A stretch of 64,000 nucleotides of DNA from Zwartia sp. Its GTDB lineage: Bacteria > Pseudomonadota > Gammaproteobacteria > Burkholderiales > Burkholderiaceae_B. A program made the translations under genes and the position numbers. A model generated the notes under the pieces. It saw nothing but the letters and a program-made list of their open reading frames with translations. It did no database searches and was not told the origin of the DNA. This document shows, one piece after another, positions 1 through 10,045 of this stretch (position 1 is its first letter; every line of letters starts with the position of its first letter). Where the stretch lies: assembly GCF_049655405.1 (NCBI RefSeq), contig NZ_JBASJR010000013.1, positions 162,968 through 226,967 of the forward strand, written 5' to 3'.

Positions 1-735
1 GCAGCGGAGCTCCGTATCAAAGCTAGACGACGTCTGGCGGGTGCTGTTGCCTTGATACTTGCCGCAGTGGTTGTTCTTCCGATGTTGCTTGATTCTGAGC
101 CTGCCCCTGTCGCAAGCAACATACCGATTCGCATCCCAGATCGGCAAACACCTTTTCAGCCTAACCTGTCTAGTCCTGAGTCCACCCCATCTTCGGGGGA
201 TGCCGCTGGACAAGCTGCTTCTTCAAACACTGGGACCAACCCAACGGAAAACATTCCCTTGGCGTCAGGGCAAGTTAAACCAGAAACAACCGAAAAGCCT
301 CCTCAGGCGAATGTTGCGGATGCTGGAAAAGCGACTCCAGCCGCCAAACCTACGACACCCGCGGCACCAACGGCCACCACACCACCCACCGCACCTTCTA
401 GCGCACAACAGCGAAGAGACGACTCAGCGCGCGCACTTGCGCTTCTCGAAGGCCGTAGCCCCGTTGCGAGTGCTCCCACCCCAAAAGCACCTGTCAAGGG
501 TAATTTTGTCGTCCAGGCAATGTCACTGGACTCCTCAGCGGATGCTCAAAAACAACGTAATGTTTTGATTGCTGCAGGACTCAATAATGCATTTGTAGAT
601 GGCCCCGTCGATGTGAATGGTCGTCCTAAATATCGAGTGAGAGTCGGACCCTTTCAGTCCCGCGAAGCAGCCCAAGCGGCCCAGACACGTCTGCGCACCC
701 AAGGCTATGGCGGTGCATTCATCACTACACAGTGA
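1..735 (+). CDS. SPOR domain-containing cell-division protein (DedD-like), 5' end outside window
   Basis: Frame is open from base 1, so the TTG at 52 used by the ORF track is probably internal. Basic stretch plus membrane anchor (ILAAVVVLPMLL), long Pro/Ala/Thr-rich linker, C-terminal SPOR-like segment (KYRVRVGPFQSREAAQAAQTRL). Sits upstream of cvpA-purF as dedD does in E. coli. Confidence 0.7.
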   Translation, partial: AAELRIKARRRLAGAVALILAAVVVLPMLLDSEPAPVASNIPIRIPDRQTPFQPNLSSPESTPSSGDAAGQAASSNTGTNPTENIPLASGQVKPETTEKPPQANVADAGKATPAAKPTTPAAPTATTPPTAPSSAQQRRDDSARALALLEGRSPVASAPTPKAPVKGNFVVQAMSLDSSADAQKQRNVLIAAGLNNAFVDGPVDVNGRPKYRVRVGPFQSREAAQAAQTRLRTQGYGGAFITTQ

Positions 736-1220
736 CGGGCTTTGATTTTGTCCTCTTAGCGATACTTGCAATCTCAGCTGTGCTGGGATTGCTCAGAGGC
801 CTTCTTAAAGAGGTCTTGTCGTTGGTGGCGTATGCCTCGGCATTTTTAGCGGCAATTTGGTGGGGACCTACCGTCTCCGAGTGGTTCGCCCAGTGGATTT
901 CTCAGCCGTTTGTCAGTATGGCGCTTGCTTATTTAGGTGTATTTATTGCTGTTTTGCTGTCGATTGGATTCATCAATATGACATTGGCAGCGCTGTTAAG
1001 TAAAACTGGACTCACTCCAGCAGATCATGGACTGGGTGCCTTGTTTGGTCTTGTTCGAGGGGTGCTTTTTGTTTTGATACTCGTTATTTTGGCTGGATAT
1101 ACGCCATTACCCGAGGAGCCGTGGTGGAAAAATGCCATGTTTTCAAAGCAAGTCGTAGGTGTAGTGCAGCAAATCAAGCTCAGATTGCCTCCACCGGCGA
1201 ATGACTGGTTGCCTTATTAG
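732..1220 (+). CDS. cvpA: Colicin V production / membrane integrity protein CvpA
   Basis: 162 aa with four hydrophobic helices and a typical CvpA N-terminus (MTGFDFVLLAILAISAVLGLLRG). GTG start overlaps the upstream stop (GTGA). Lies immediately upstream of purF. Confidence 0.85.
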   Translation: MTGFDFVLLAILAISAVLGLLRGLLKEVLSLVAYASAFLAAIWWGPTVSEWFAQWISQPFVSMALAYLGVFIAVLLSIGFINMTLAALLSKTGLTPADHGLGALFGLVRGVLFVLILVILAGYTPLPEEPWWKNAMFSKQVVGVVQQIKLRLPPPANDWLPY

Positions 1221-1265
1221 TTTTCAATTTGTTTCATTTTGTTTTAACCGTAATCAGGAAATTTC

Positions 1266-2780
1266 ATGTGCGGAATTGTTGGTGTCGTCGGTCGCGGTCC
1301 TGTTAATCAGCTGATATACGATGCATTGCTGCTGTTGCAGCACAGAGGTCAGGATGCTGCCGGCATTGCGACTTCAAATGGTAACCAGTTCAACATGTAC
1401 AAAGCGCACGGACTGGTTAAAGATGTGTTCCGTACGAGAAATATGCGTTCACTGCCTGGCACCTCCGGAATCGGACAGGTTCGCTACCCAACAGCAGGCT
1501 CATCAGAAAGCGTAGAAGAAGCTCAACCTTTTTACGTGAATGCTCCTTTTGGCATTACGTTTGCTCACAACGGAAACTTGACTAACTGGCATGAGCTACG
1601 CGAGTCACTTTTTAAAGTTGACCAACGCCACATCAATACCAACTCTGACTCTGAAGTATTGCTCAACGTGCTCGCCCATGAACTTCAACGTGCGGCTAAT
1701 GGCGTGTCTCTGGATGAGCATGCGATTTTTCGTGCGATAAAAGCCGTTCATCAACGTGTAAAAGGTGCCTACGCCGTAGTGGCTCAGATTGCTGGGTATG
1801 GCCTTATCGCGTTTCGTGATCCGAATGGTATTCGTCCGCTTTGCTTAGGACAATCTGATGCACCACAAGGTGTTGAGTGGATGGTTGCCTCAGAGTCCGT
1901 TGCGCTTGAAGGTTCAGGCTTTCAGTTTGTGCGCGATATACAGCCAGGTGAGGGTATTTTTATTTCTCTTGATGGAAAACTAAGCAGCGAACAGTGCGCA
2001 CCTGGTGCGATTCATGCTCCCTGTATCTTTGAATACGTCTATTTTGCCCGACCTGACTCGGTACTAGACGGTGTATCCGTATATGGCTCGCGCTTAAAGA
2101 TGGGTGAGTATTTGGCAGACAAGCTTGCCAAGCAACTTCGTCTGGGCGATATCGACGTAGTGATGCCAATTCCTGACTCTTCCAGACCGGCCGCGATGCA
2201 GCTTGCAGATCGTCTTGGACTGAATTATCGCGAAGGCCTCATTAAAAATCGTTACGTAGGCCGTACGTTCATCATGCCTGGTCAGGCTGTTCGAAAAAAA
2301 TCTGTCCGTCAAAAGCTCAATACCATTGGCATGGAGTTCAAAGGCAAAAACGTTCTCCTGGTTGACGATTCGATTGTGCGTGGCACCACGAGTCGAGAAA
2401 TTGTCGAAATGGCCCGTGCAGCGGGTGCGAACAAGGTTTATATGGCCTCAGCTGCACCACCAGTTCGATACCAAAACGTCTATGGCATTGATATGCCAAC
2501 TCAAAAGGAATTGATTGCCACGGGTCGAAACGAAGAAGAAATTGCTAACATCATTGGTGCGGACGCTTTGGTTTACCAAGATATTCAAGCAATGCAGCGT
2601 TCTGTCTCTGACCTGAATCCGGCCCTGACACGCTTTGATAATTCCTGTTTTACCGGCGAGTACATCACTGGTGACATCACACCAGAATATCTCGAACGTG
2701 TCGGTCGCAACCGTGGTCAGGCTCAAGATGGCTCTAATGGACTGCTTTTTAATATGGGATTTGCTGCCGAGGATAACTAA
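1266..2780 (+). CDS. purF: Amidophosphoribosyltransferase
   Basis: MCGIVG N-terminus (Ntn amidotransferase Cys1), PRTase loop VLLVDDSIVRGTT, 504 aa. Confidence 0.97.
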   Translation: MCGIVGVVGRGPVNQLIYDALLLLQHRGQDAAGIATSNGNQFNMYKAHGLVKDVFRTRNMRSLPGTSGIGQVRYPTAGSSESVEEAQPFYVNAPFGITFAHNGNLTNWHELRESLFKVDQRHINTNSDSEVLLNVLAHELQRAANGVSLDEHAIFRAIKAVHQRVKGAYAVVAQIAGYGLIAFRDPNGIRPLCLGQSDAPQGVEWMVASESVALEGSGFQFVRDIQPGEGIFISLDGKLSSEQCAPGAIHAPCIFEYVYFARPDSVLDGVSVYGSRLKMGEYLADKLAKQLRLGDIDVVMPIPDSSRPAAMQLADRLGLNYREGLIKNRYVGRTFIMPGQAVRKKSVRQKLNTIGMEFKGKNVLLVDDSIVRGTTSREIVEMARAAGANKVYMASAAPPVRYQNVYGIDMPTQKELIATGRNEEEIANIIGADALVYQDIQAMQRSVSDLNPALTRFDNSCFTGEYITGDITPEYLERVGRNRGQAQDGSNGLLFNMGFAAEDN

Positions 2781-3256
2781 CGTCGCAATCTGAGCAAGGC
2801 GATGATGCCAAGCACGCCAATCATGCCAAACATCGCCATGCTCCACCAGGCGTACTCTATGCCTAAAAGCTTGATGCGCGCCTCCATACAACTTGCGTAA
2901 ATGCCAAACAACCACGGAGCGGCTGCATCAAGACCGCTTTTCGTCATCAGCTGGTCTGCAAAAGTTTGTGCACAGGAAAAAGTATTGGCTGCAACTTTTT
3001 CCTGATAGACCGCTGAGGTCACGCCAGCAATTGCGATCGCAATGATCCCAGTAGTTCCGATCGATAAGCCCTTACGATTTAGTTTCAAGAATGTCAGCAG
3101 TAACGCCGTCATGCCAATCATTAAATACAGAAGACGCTGAAACACGCACCATGCACAGGGCTGCATATCAAATTGATATTGCGAAACTAAAGCTATAGCA
3201 ACAGAACCTATACTGAGCAAACTGATCAGACGTAAAATTTTGATTTCATGCTGCAC
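2777..3256 (-). CDS. dsbB: Disulfide bond formation protein B
   Basis: Four TM helices and both DsbB cysteine pairs (PCAWCVFQR; SCAQ...SCME). The ORF-track start at 3367 would run about 120 nt into glnD, so GTG at 3256 is chosen. Start remains uncertain. Confidence 0.7.
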   Translation of the reverse strand: MQHEIKILRLISLLSIGSVAIALVSQYQFDMQPCAWCVFQRLLYLMIGMTALLLTFLKLNRKGLSIGTTGIIAIAIAGVTSAVYQEKVAANTFSCAQTFADQLMTKSGLDAAAPWLFGIYASCMEARIKLLGIEYAWWSMAMFGMIGVLGIIALLRLRR

Positions 3257-5855
3257 GCTGCTGCTCCTGAGACAATGTATCGAGTAAGGCACGTTCAAAT
3301 TGCCTTTGAGTACGCGGCTGCGATAAAGCATCCCCTTTGATGACAAATACGTCTTCAACGCGATCACCCAAGGTCATGACTTTAGCCGTCTGCAAGTGAA
3401 TATTAAAAGCCACAAATAGTTGCGCTAAATCACTTAACAATCCCGAACGGTCTGTCGCGGTGATATCCAGTACCCATGAAGCATTATCGTCACCAGGTTT
3501 AATTTCAACAGATGGAGGAAACGGGAAAGCCTTAGATAGTCTTGAGGCTCGTGTACTGATTTTGTGTTTTAGATCAGCCAGACTTAAAAGATCTAATTGA
3601 GTCGATAACTCATGCTCAATCAATGCAGCATCGGCACGCAAATCTCGCTGCTTATCTGTTGGCAGCACAATAAAACTATCTAACGCGTAGCCACGACGAG
3701 TGGTGTGAATCCGAGCATCCTGAATATTGAGCCCACGACAGCCGAAATAACCACAAAGGCGTGCAAATAGTTCCTTAACATGTTTCGTGTAAACCATCAC
3801 TTGCAAACCTTCACCGCCCTCGGTTGGACGAGCTTTAACTACGGTCGCCTCTGTTCCAAAACAGTGATAAAGATGACGTGTGTGCCAGGCAATTTCTTGC
3901 GCATCATGTCGCATGAAGTAGGCAATATCCAACTCAGCCCAAAAGGTCTCTCTCGCATCGTCACGTAAGCCTGCCAGACGCGTGAGACTAGCAGCCTCAT
4001 CCATGCGATGGCGTAAAACTGTATTTGAATCCCCTAGAGACCCACCCAATGCTGCTAGGGTCAAGTTAAACAAATCCTCAAGCAGCTTTCCTTTCCATGC
4101 ATTCCAAACTTTGGGGCTTGTGCCACGCACGTCAGCAACAGTCAATAGATAGAGCGCGGTGAGATTTCTGGGAGTTTGCACAATCGCTGCGAAGTCACGA
4201 ATCACTTGTGGGTCTGAGAGGTCCTTTTTTTGCGCAACTTGTGACATCAGCAAATGGTGCCTGACTAAAAACACCACCAGCTCTGTCTCATCCTTCGCAA
4301 GATCATGGGTTCGCGCAAACTTTTTGACGTCTTCAGCGCCAAGAGTTGAGTGATCACCGCCACGGCCTTTTGCGATGTCATGAAAGAGTGCCGCCACATA
4401 GAGCAGCCAGTGACGATCAAATCCTGCTATCAAGCGGGTGGCAAGAGGGTACTCTTGCGCGTGTTCGAGCATAGTGAAACGGCGAATATTTCGTAAGACT
4501 GCCAACGTATGTTGGTCAACGGTATACACATGAAATAAATCATGTTGCATTTGGCCTACTACTCGACGAAATGCAGGAATATAGCGAGGCAAAATATTCA
4601 ACATTGTCATCCGCCTCAGCGCATGCACGATCCCTTGGTTTTGTTTAAGGATCTGTATAAACAAATGTCTATTTTTAGGCTCCGCTCTAAAGGCAGCATC
4701 AATGAGATGTCTAGCATGCCAAATCGCACGCAAGGCACGGGCCGACAACTCAGTCAATTCGGGATTCTGCTGCATCACTAAAAAGATACGCAACAGTTCC
4801 GAGGGGTGTTTTTGAAACAGATCATCATCGACAATATCCAGTCGATGATGACTCACGAGATAGTGCTCATCTAGCCTTCGGGCATCCGTTTGAGATAAAG
4901 GAAAAAGATGCTCTCCGATCGCTTGAACCAACAATGTATTGAGTTGAGTCACCAGACGCGCAGCCCAGTAGTAGCGCTGCATCAAGATTTCACTTGAGCG
5001 GCGGGTCGCGTTCGCAGTGATTTGATACGCTTCTGCCAGCCCATGCTGTAAATCAAATAGCAGACGATCCTCTCTGCGATTGACCAGCAAATGCAACTCG
5101 ATACGAAGTCTTTTAAAAGCTTGTTCCGCACGATTTAAATCACGCGCTTCTGCATGTGTCAGCAATCCTGATTGAGCAATTTGACCCCAACTTTGTCCAA
5201 AACCCGCTGCTTTGGCCATCCATAAGATCACCTGCAGGTCGCGCAAACCCCCGGGGGACTCTTTGCAATTTGGCTCAAGGGAGTAGGGCGTATCCTGATA
5301 GCGAGAGTGCCGCTGCTGCATCTCGCTGCGCTTTGCCTGATAAAAACTTTTAGGATCCAGCTGCTCTTTCATGCGCTGCATGAAAACCTGGGTGAGTGAT
5401 CGACTACCCGCAATCCAACGAAGTTCTAGCAAAGAGGTTTCAACAGTAATGTCAGCACGTGCTTCCGCCAGACATTGCTCGACAGTGCGCACGCTACATC
5501 CTGGCTCAAGACCTACATCCCACATCGCTGCCACGAGCCCACTCAATGTCGCTTCTGCGATGGGACTTGGGTCAGCTGGCAACAAGATTAATAAATCTAC
5601 GTCCGAAAACGGATAAAGTTCTCCTCGACCGAAACCTCCTACAGCGGCTAGGGCGGCTCCTTTTGGTAAAGGATAAAGCTCTAACAGCTGACGTAACGCT
5701 TGATCAGCAATTCGCCTGAGAGAGGTGAGCAGGGAGTCAGCGCGCGGCTGGTGACGATACTTTTCAATGGCAGCTTGCCGCTCAAGCAGAATTTTTGTCC
5801 GGATAACGCTGATGCGCTCACTGAAAGTTTCATTGAGTCCGCTTTGTTGAGTCAT
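3246..5855 (-). CDS. glnD: Bifunctional [protein-PII] uridylyltransferase/uridylyl-removing enzyme
   Basis: 869 aa. Nucleotidyltransferase motif GGFGRGELYPFSDVDL, HD domain (FHDIAKGRGGDH), two C-terminal ACT-like segments. Confidence 0.95.
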   Translation of the reverse strand: MTQQSGLNETFSERISVIRTKILLERQAAIEKYRHQPRADSLLTSLRRIADQALRQLLELYPLPKGAALAAVGGFGRGELYPFSDVDLLILLPADPSPIAEATLSGLVAAMWDVGLEPGCSVRTVEQCLAEARADITVETSLLELRWIAGSRSLTQVFMQRMKEQLDPKSFYQAKRSEMQQRHSRYQDTPYSLEPNCKESPGGLRDLQVILWMAKAAGFGQSWGQIAQSGLLTHAEARDLNRAEQAFKRLRIELHLLVNRREDRLLFDLQHGLAEAYQITANATRRSSEILMQRYYWAARLVTQLNTLLVQAIGEHLFPLSQTDARRLDEHYLVSHHRLDIVDDDLFQKHPSELLRIFLVMQQNPELTELSARALRAIWHARHLIDAAFRAEPKNRHLFIQILKQNQGIVHALRRMTMLNILPRYIPAFRRVVGQMQHDLFHVYTVDQHTLAVLRNIRRFTMLEHAQEYPLATRLIAGFDRHWLLYVAALFHDIAKGRGGDHSTLGAEDVKKFARTHDLAKDETELVVFLVRHHLLMSQVAQKKDLSDPQVIRDFAAIVQTPRNLTALYLLTVADVRGTSPKVWNAWKGKLLEDLFNLTLAALGGSLGDSNTVLRHRMDEAASLTRLAGLRDDARETFWAELDIAYFMRHDAQEIAWHTRHLYHCFGTEATVVKARPTEGGEGLQVMVYTKHVKELFARLCGYFGCRGLNIQDARIHTTRRGYALDSFIVLPTDKQRDLRADAALIEHELSTQLDLLSLADLKHKISTRASRLSKAFPFPPSVEIKPGDDNASWVLDITATDRSGLLSDLAQLFVAFNIHLQTAKVMTLGDRVEDVFVIKGDALSQPRTQRQFERALLDTLSQEQQRAA

Positions 5856-5876
5856 CCGGATACCTTACTTAGGCTT

Positions 5877-5918
5877 AAAACAATATTAAAAACCGTTGTG
5901 CTAAAAACACTAGCGGTT
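5877..5918 (-). terminator. Putative intrinsic terminator after map
   Basis: On the minus strand, AACCGCTAGTG-TTTTTAG-CACAACGGTT (imperfect stem, 5891-5918) is followed by the T-rich TTTAATATTGTTTT. It starts 6 nt after the map stop. Confidence 0.4.
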
Positions 5919-5924
5919 AAATGA

Positions 5925-6725
5925 TTAAAGATGAATGAAGGCAGGCGGGGCGGGCATTCCAGGCGATTGCGTCAGAACCTCAAATCCAGAGTCAGTCACC
6001 ATAATTGTGTGTTCCCATTGAGCAGACAGACTGTGATCACGTGTCACAACCGTCCAGCCATCGGCTAACTGACGGATCTCTCTTTTACCTGCATTAATCA
6101 TAGGTTCGATCGTGAAAATGAGGCCCGGCTCAAGCTTTTGTCCAGAACCAGCCTTGCCATAATGCAAAATCTGAGGATCTTGGTGAAATTTTTGACCAAT
6201 TCCATGACCACAAAACTCGCGTACAACCGAAAACCCCTGTTGCTCAGCATATTTTTGAATGGCACTTCCAATATCACCCAACGTGTTGCCGGGCTTGACT
6301 TGAGCAATACCTAGCCACATGCACTCATATGTCACTTCAGTGAGGCGTTTCGCAAGAATAGAGGTCTCACCCACGGCATACATACGGCTAGTGTCGCCGA
6401 ACCAGCCGTCCTTGATGATGGTGACGTCGATATTTAAGACATCACCGTTTTTCAAAACTTTGTCACCTGGAATGCCATGGCAGACTTGATGGTTGACCGA
6501 CGTGCAAATCGCACCTGGAAAAGGCGGGTAGCCGGGCGGGGCATAGCCAACCGTTGCCGATTTGACCTTTAATTCCTCAGTCAAAAACTTTAAACATAGT
6601 TGATCGAGTTCGCCAGTCGTCACACCTGGTTTGACATAGGGAGTGATGAAATCAAGAACTTTTGCAGCGTCGCGACAAGCCGCCCGCATTTTGGCTTGAT
6701 CTTCAGGGTTTGTAACAAGACTCAT
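5925..6725 (-). CDS. map: Type I methionine aminopeptidase
   Basis: MetAP pita-bread motifs (NIDVTIIKDGWFGDTSR, FCGHGIG, FTIEPM, AQWEHT). ATG at 6725 chosen (266 aa); the 45 extra N-terminal codons of the ORF-track call look like read-through into the intergenic region. Confidence 0.95.
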   Translation of the reverse strand: MSLVTNPEDQAKMRAACRDAAKVLDFITPYVKPGVTTGELDQLCLKFLTEELKVKSATVGYAPPGYPPFPGAICTSVNHQVCHGIPGDKVLKNGDVLNIDVTIIKDGWFGDTSRMYAVGETSILAKRLTEVTYECMWLGIAQVKPGNTLGDIGSAIQKYAEQQGFSVVREFCGHGIGQKFHQDPQILHYGKAGSGQKLEPGLIFTIEPMINAGKREIRQLADGWTVVTRDHSLSAQWEHTIMVTDSGFEVLTQSPGMPAPPAFIHL

Positions 6726-6832
6726 GATGACTTGAGTAAATATAGTGAAAGATAGTAGAATTATAGGCTTACCAAGTTTTGAGACGGGTGATTCACCTGA
6801 AACAAACTGTATATTTAGCAGTAATTGGGACG

Positions 6833-6914
6833 TTGCCAACATTGTGTTGGCAAATTCCAAAATCGCGTGTCATGTCACCAGGGTGCCTGCATAAAGCGGG
6901 TGCATTCATGACAC
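6833..6914 (+). promoter_or_regulatory. Structured rpsB 5' leader candidate
   Basis: Hairpin TTGCCAAC-ATTGT-GTTGGCAA (6833-6853) and a long-range 8-bp stem GTGTCATG (6867-6874) / CATGACAC (6907-6914), ending about 28 nt before the rpsB ATG. Confidence 0.3.
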
Positions 6915-6942
6915 TAGACCTAACCCTCGGAGCTTTATTATT

Positions 6943-7689
6943 ATGTCTTTAATGCGTGAAATGCTAGAAGCGGGCGTCCACTTTGGCCACCAGACCCGTT
7001 ACTGGAACCCCAAGATGGCTCCTTACATTTTCGGCCATCGCAACAAAATTCACATCATCAACCTCGAAAAGACCGTTGCCAACTACCAAGATGCGACTAA
7101 GTTTTTGCGTCAGGTTGCTGCAAAAGGCGGAACAGTTCTGTTCGTCGGCACCAAGCGTGCTGCACGTGAACTGGTGGCGGCAGAGGCTGCTCGCGCTGGA
7201 ATGCCTTTCGTTGACAGCCGTTGGCTTGGCGGCATGCTGACCAACTTCAAAACAGTCAAAAGCTCCATCAAACGCCTGAAAGACATGGAAGTCATGATCG
7301 CCGAAGGCACGACAGAGCGTATGACCAAAAAAGAAGGCCTCATGTTCCAACGCGAACTCGACAAGCTCAACAAGTCGATCGGCGGTATCAAGGACATGAA
7401 TGGTTTGCCTGACGCTATTTTCATGATCGACGTTGGTTACCACAAGATTGCTGTTGCCGAAGCAAATGCCTTGGGCATCCCAGTTGTTGCTGTCGTGGAC
7501 ACCAACCATTCACCTGATGGTATTGATTTCATCATTCCTGGCAATGATGACTCAGCCAAAGCCATTGCTCTTTACGCTTCTGGCGTAGCCGATGCAGTGA
7601 TCGCAGGTCGTGGTGACAACATCAACGGTTTGGTCGAAGAACTGACTCAAGGTGAAGAGTTCGTTGAAGTTGATCAGGCAAAAGCCTAA
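6943..7689 (+). CDS. rpsB: 30S ribosomal protein S2
   Basis: [19 protein letters not shown] signature, 248 aa, followed by tsf. Confidence 0.98.
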   Translation: MSLMREMLEAGVHFGHQTRYWNPKMAPYIFGHRNKIHIINLEKTVANYQDATKFLRQVAAKGGTVLFVGTKRAARELVAAEAARAGMPFVDSRWLGGMLTNFKTVKSSIKRLKDMEVMIAEGTTERMTKKEGLMFQRELDKLNKSIGGIKDMNGLPDAIFMIDVGYHKIAVAEANALGIPVVAVVDTNHSPDGIDFIIPGNDDSAKAIALYASGVADAVIAGRGDNINGLVEELTQGEEFVEVDQAKA

Positions 7690-7698
7690 TCACTGATC

Positions 7699-7758
7699 GC
7701 GCTCGCACAATGTGAGCGCATGACACTTACACCCTGACCGATCGGTCAGGGTGCTTTT
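7699..7758 (+). terminator. Tandem hairpins / attenuator between rpsB and tsf
   Basis: Stem GCGCTCGCA/TGTGAGCGC (7699-7719, one G-U). Then a perfect 20-nt palindrome CCCTGACCGATCGGTCAGGG (7732-7751) followed by TGCTTTT. Confidence 0.55.
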
Positions 7759-7776
7759 ACTGATACTGGAGCAAAC

Positions 7777-8655
7777 ATGGCTGACATTACCGCCGCAATG
7801 GTCAAAGAGTTGCGCGAAAAGACAGACGCACCCATGATGGAGTGCAAAAAAGCCTTGACAGAGGCTGCTGGTGACATGGCGCGTGCCGAAGAAATTTTGC
7901 GTGTTAAGTTGGGTAGCAAAGCAAGCAAAGCTGCTAGTCGCGTCACGGCAGAAGGACTGGTTGGTCTCTACATTTCACCTGATGCGAAAAAAGGTGCTGT
8001 GATTGAAATCAACTGCGAAACTGACTTCGTTGCAAAAAATGACGATTTCGTCGCTTTTGTTGCTAACCTTGCTAAATTGGTCGCGACAGAGGGCGTTGCT
8101 GATGTGGCTGCGCTTTCCGCTACGCCAATGGCTGACGGAACGGTTGATAGCGTTCGCACTGCATTAATCGGAAAAATCGGCGAAAACATCTCTATTCGAC
8201 GCTTCCAACGTTACGACACACCTAACAAGCTCGCGAGTTACGTTCACAGCGGCAAGATCGGCGTGCTGGTCGAGTTTTCTGGTGCAGATGAAGTTGGCAA
8301 AGACTTGGCCATGCATATTGCTGCAACGAAGCCACGCGCTGTTGACGAAACCGGAGTTTCTGACGCTGACAAAGAGACAGAGCGCTCAGTGGCTCGTCAA
8401 AAGGCCGCCGAATCTGGCAAGCCTGCCGAGATCGTTGAAAAAATGGTCGAAGGCGCTGTTCAAAAATACCTCAAAGAAGTTGCGCTACTGTCACAGCCTT
8501 TTGTTAAAAACGACAAGCAGACAGTCGCTCAGATGCTAAAAGAGAAATCATCCGCCATTACAGGCTTTTCCCTGTTTGTCGTGGGTGAAGGTATTGAAAA
8601 GAAAACCAGCGACTTTGCTGCCGAAGTAGCCGCCGCGGCTGCCGGTAACGCATAA
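7777..8655 (+). CDS. tsf: Translation elongation factor Ts
   Basis: [27 protein letters not shown]-like N-terminus, 292 aa, GGAG SD upstream. Confidence 0.98.
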   Translation: MADITAAMVKELREKTDAPMMECKKALTEAAGDMARAEEILRVKLGSKASKAASRVTAEGLVGLYISPDAKKGAVIEINCETDFVAKNDDFVAFVANLAKLVATEGVADVAALSATPMADGTVDSVRTALIGKIGENISIRRFQRYDTPNKLASYVHSGKIGVLVEFSGADEVGKDLAMHIAATKPRAVDETGVSDADKETERSVARQKAAESGKPAEIVEKMVEGAVQKYLKEVALLSQPFVKNDKQTVAQMLKEKSSAITGFSLFVVGEGIEKKTSDFAAEVAAAAAGNA

Positions 8656-8665
8656 TTTTGTACCT

Positions 8666-8700
8666 AAAGCCGGGCGGCGCAGCATTGGCCGCCCGGCTTT
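8666..8700 (+). terminator. Intrinsic terminator-like hairpin after tsf
   Basis: Perfect 13-bp GC-rich stem AAAGCCGGGCGGC (8666-8678) / GCCGCCCGGCTTT (8688-8700) with a 9-nt loop, 10 nt after the tsf stop. The T-tract is short. Confidence 0.6.
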
Positions 8701-8745
8701 CGCATACAATTTTGTCTGTGTTTAACACTCCGGATTGATCCCCAT

Positions 8746-9462
8746 ATGACCAGCAGAATGCACAAACGAGTTCTCCTCAAACTGTCTGGCGAAGCATTGA
8801 TGGGTGATGATGCATTTGGCATCAATCGTGCCACGATCATGCGCATGACCGACGAGGTCGCCGAAGTCGCGGCAATGGGCGTACAACTCGCCATTGTCAT
8901 TGGCGGCGGCAATATCTTTCGTGGTGTTGCGCCAGGTGCCCAAGGCATGGATCGTGCGACCGCCGACTACATGGGCATGATGGCCACCGTAATGAATGCT
9001 CTCGCACTTCAAGATGCGCTTAAGCATCGAGGCGTGGATGCTCGCGTTCAGTCGGCCCTGAATATCGAGCAGGTTGTCGAACCCTATATTCGCCCTAAAG
9101 CTTTGCGCTATCTCGAAGAAGGCAAAGTTGTTATTTTCGCTGCCGGTACAGGCAATCCATTTTTTACAACTGATACAGCTGCTGCTTTACGTGGTGCTGA
9201 AATTGGTGCAGAAGTTGTACTAAAAGCTACAAAAGTTGACGGCATTTACAGCGCTGACCCAAACAAGGATCCTGCTGCGACTCGTTACACACGGATTAGT
9301 TTTGACGAAGTCATTGTCAAACGTCTTGAGATTATGGATGCAACTGCGTTTGCACTTTGCCGCGACCAAAAATTACCTATTAAAGTGTTTTCTATCAATA
9401 AACCCGGTGCGTTAAGACGCGCTGTTAGTGGTGAGGACGAGGGCACCCTCGTTCACGTCTAA
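8746..9462 (+). CDS. pyrH: UMP kinase
   Basis: [11 protein letters not shown] and [11 protein letters not shown] amino-acid-kinase motifs, 238 aa. Confidence 0.97.
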   Translation: MTSRMHKRVLLKLSGEALMGDDAFGINRATIMRMTDEVAEVAAMGVQLAIVIGGGNIFRGVAPGAQGMDRATADYMGMMATVMNALALQDALKHRGVDARVQSALNIEQVVEPYIRPKALRYLEEGKVVIFAAGTGNPFFTTDTAAALRGAEIGAEVVLKATKVDGIYSADPNKDPAATRYTRISFDEVIVKRLEIMDATAFALCRDQKLPIKVFSINKPGALRRAVSGEDEGTLVHV

Positions 9463-9472
9463 AGGAAACAAC

Positions 9473-10033
9473 ATGAGTATCGCGGACATTCAACAATCTG
9501 CCGAAAGCCGTATGGGAAAATCCCTTGAGACGCTGAAGGCTAACCTTGCCAAAATTCGAACCGGTCGTGCACACACGGGGATTTTGGATCACGTTCAGGT
9601 GGAGTACTACGGCTCACCCGTTCCAATCAGTCAGGTTGCGAACGTGACGCTAATGGACGCGCGCACCCTAAGCGTATCAGTTTGGGAAAAAAACCTTGGT
9701 TCGGCGGTCGAAAAGGCTATTCGTGACTCTGACCTCGGTCTCAATCCTGTTGGAATGGGAGACAGTATTCGAGTCCCCATGCCTGCTTTAACAGAAGAGC
9801 GTCGTCGAGACCTCAACAAAGTGGTCAAGTCTGAAGGTGAAGACGCGAAGATCGCGATCAGAAATCTGCGTCGTGATGCCAATGAAGCCTTTAAGAAACT
9901 CGTCAAAGAAAAAGAGATTTCCGAGGATGACGAGCGCCGCGCTCAGGATGTTGTTCAAAAGTTGACTGATCGTTGCGTTGTTGAAATTGACAAGATGATT
10001 GTTCAAAAAGAAGCAGAGATCATGACGGTTTGA
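9473..10033 (+). CDS. frr: Ribosome recycling factor
   Basis: 186 aa from ATG 9473 (AAGGAAA SD upstream). Typical Frr sequence ([23 protein letters not shown]). The ORF-track start at 9428 overlaps pyrH. Confidence 0.97.
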   Translation: MSIADIQQSAESRMGKSLETLKANLAKIRTGRAHTGILDHVQVEYYGSPVPISQVANVTLMDARTLSVSVWEKNLGSAVEKAIRDSDLGLNPVGMGDSIRVPMPALTEERRRDLNKVVKSEGEDAKIAIRNLRRDANEAFKKLVKEKEISEDDERRAQDVVQKLTDRCVVEIDKMIVQKEAEIMTV

Positions 10034-10045
10034 TCCGTCATTTAT

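Noticed and set aside
2777-2780. Convergent genes sharing overlapping stop codons (purF/dsbB CTAA at 2777-2780; ankyrin/DUF3298 TTAA at 42094-42097)
   Set aside because: A curious sign of tight packing with no room for terminators, but common in compact genomes and not evidence of a specific mechanism.
2448-2915. 155-aa minus-strand ORF spanning the purF 3' end and the dsbB 3' end
   Set aside because: Overlaps two well-supported genes in other frames. No motifs.
6726-6860. N-terminal extensions in the ORF track (map 6726-6860; also ppsA 23374-23430, SGNH 29591-29821, gpx 43344-43640, prx 45313-45468, ygfZ 37708-37809, frr 9428-9472, cdsA 10737-10814)
   Set aside because: These extensions overlap neighbouring genes or consume whole promoter regions. 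They lack family-typical sequence, whereas internal ATGs give canonical N-termini and SD spacing.
6964-7509. 181-aa ORF antisense to rpsB
   Set aside because: Lies entirely within and opposite the highly conserved S2 gene. No recognisable motifs; a typical shadow ORF.
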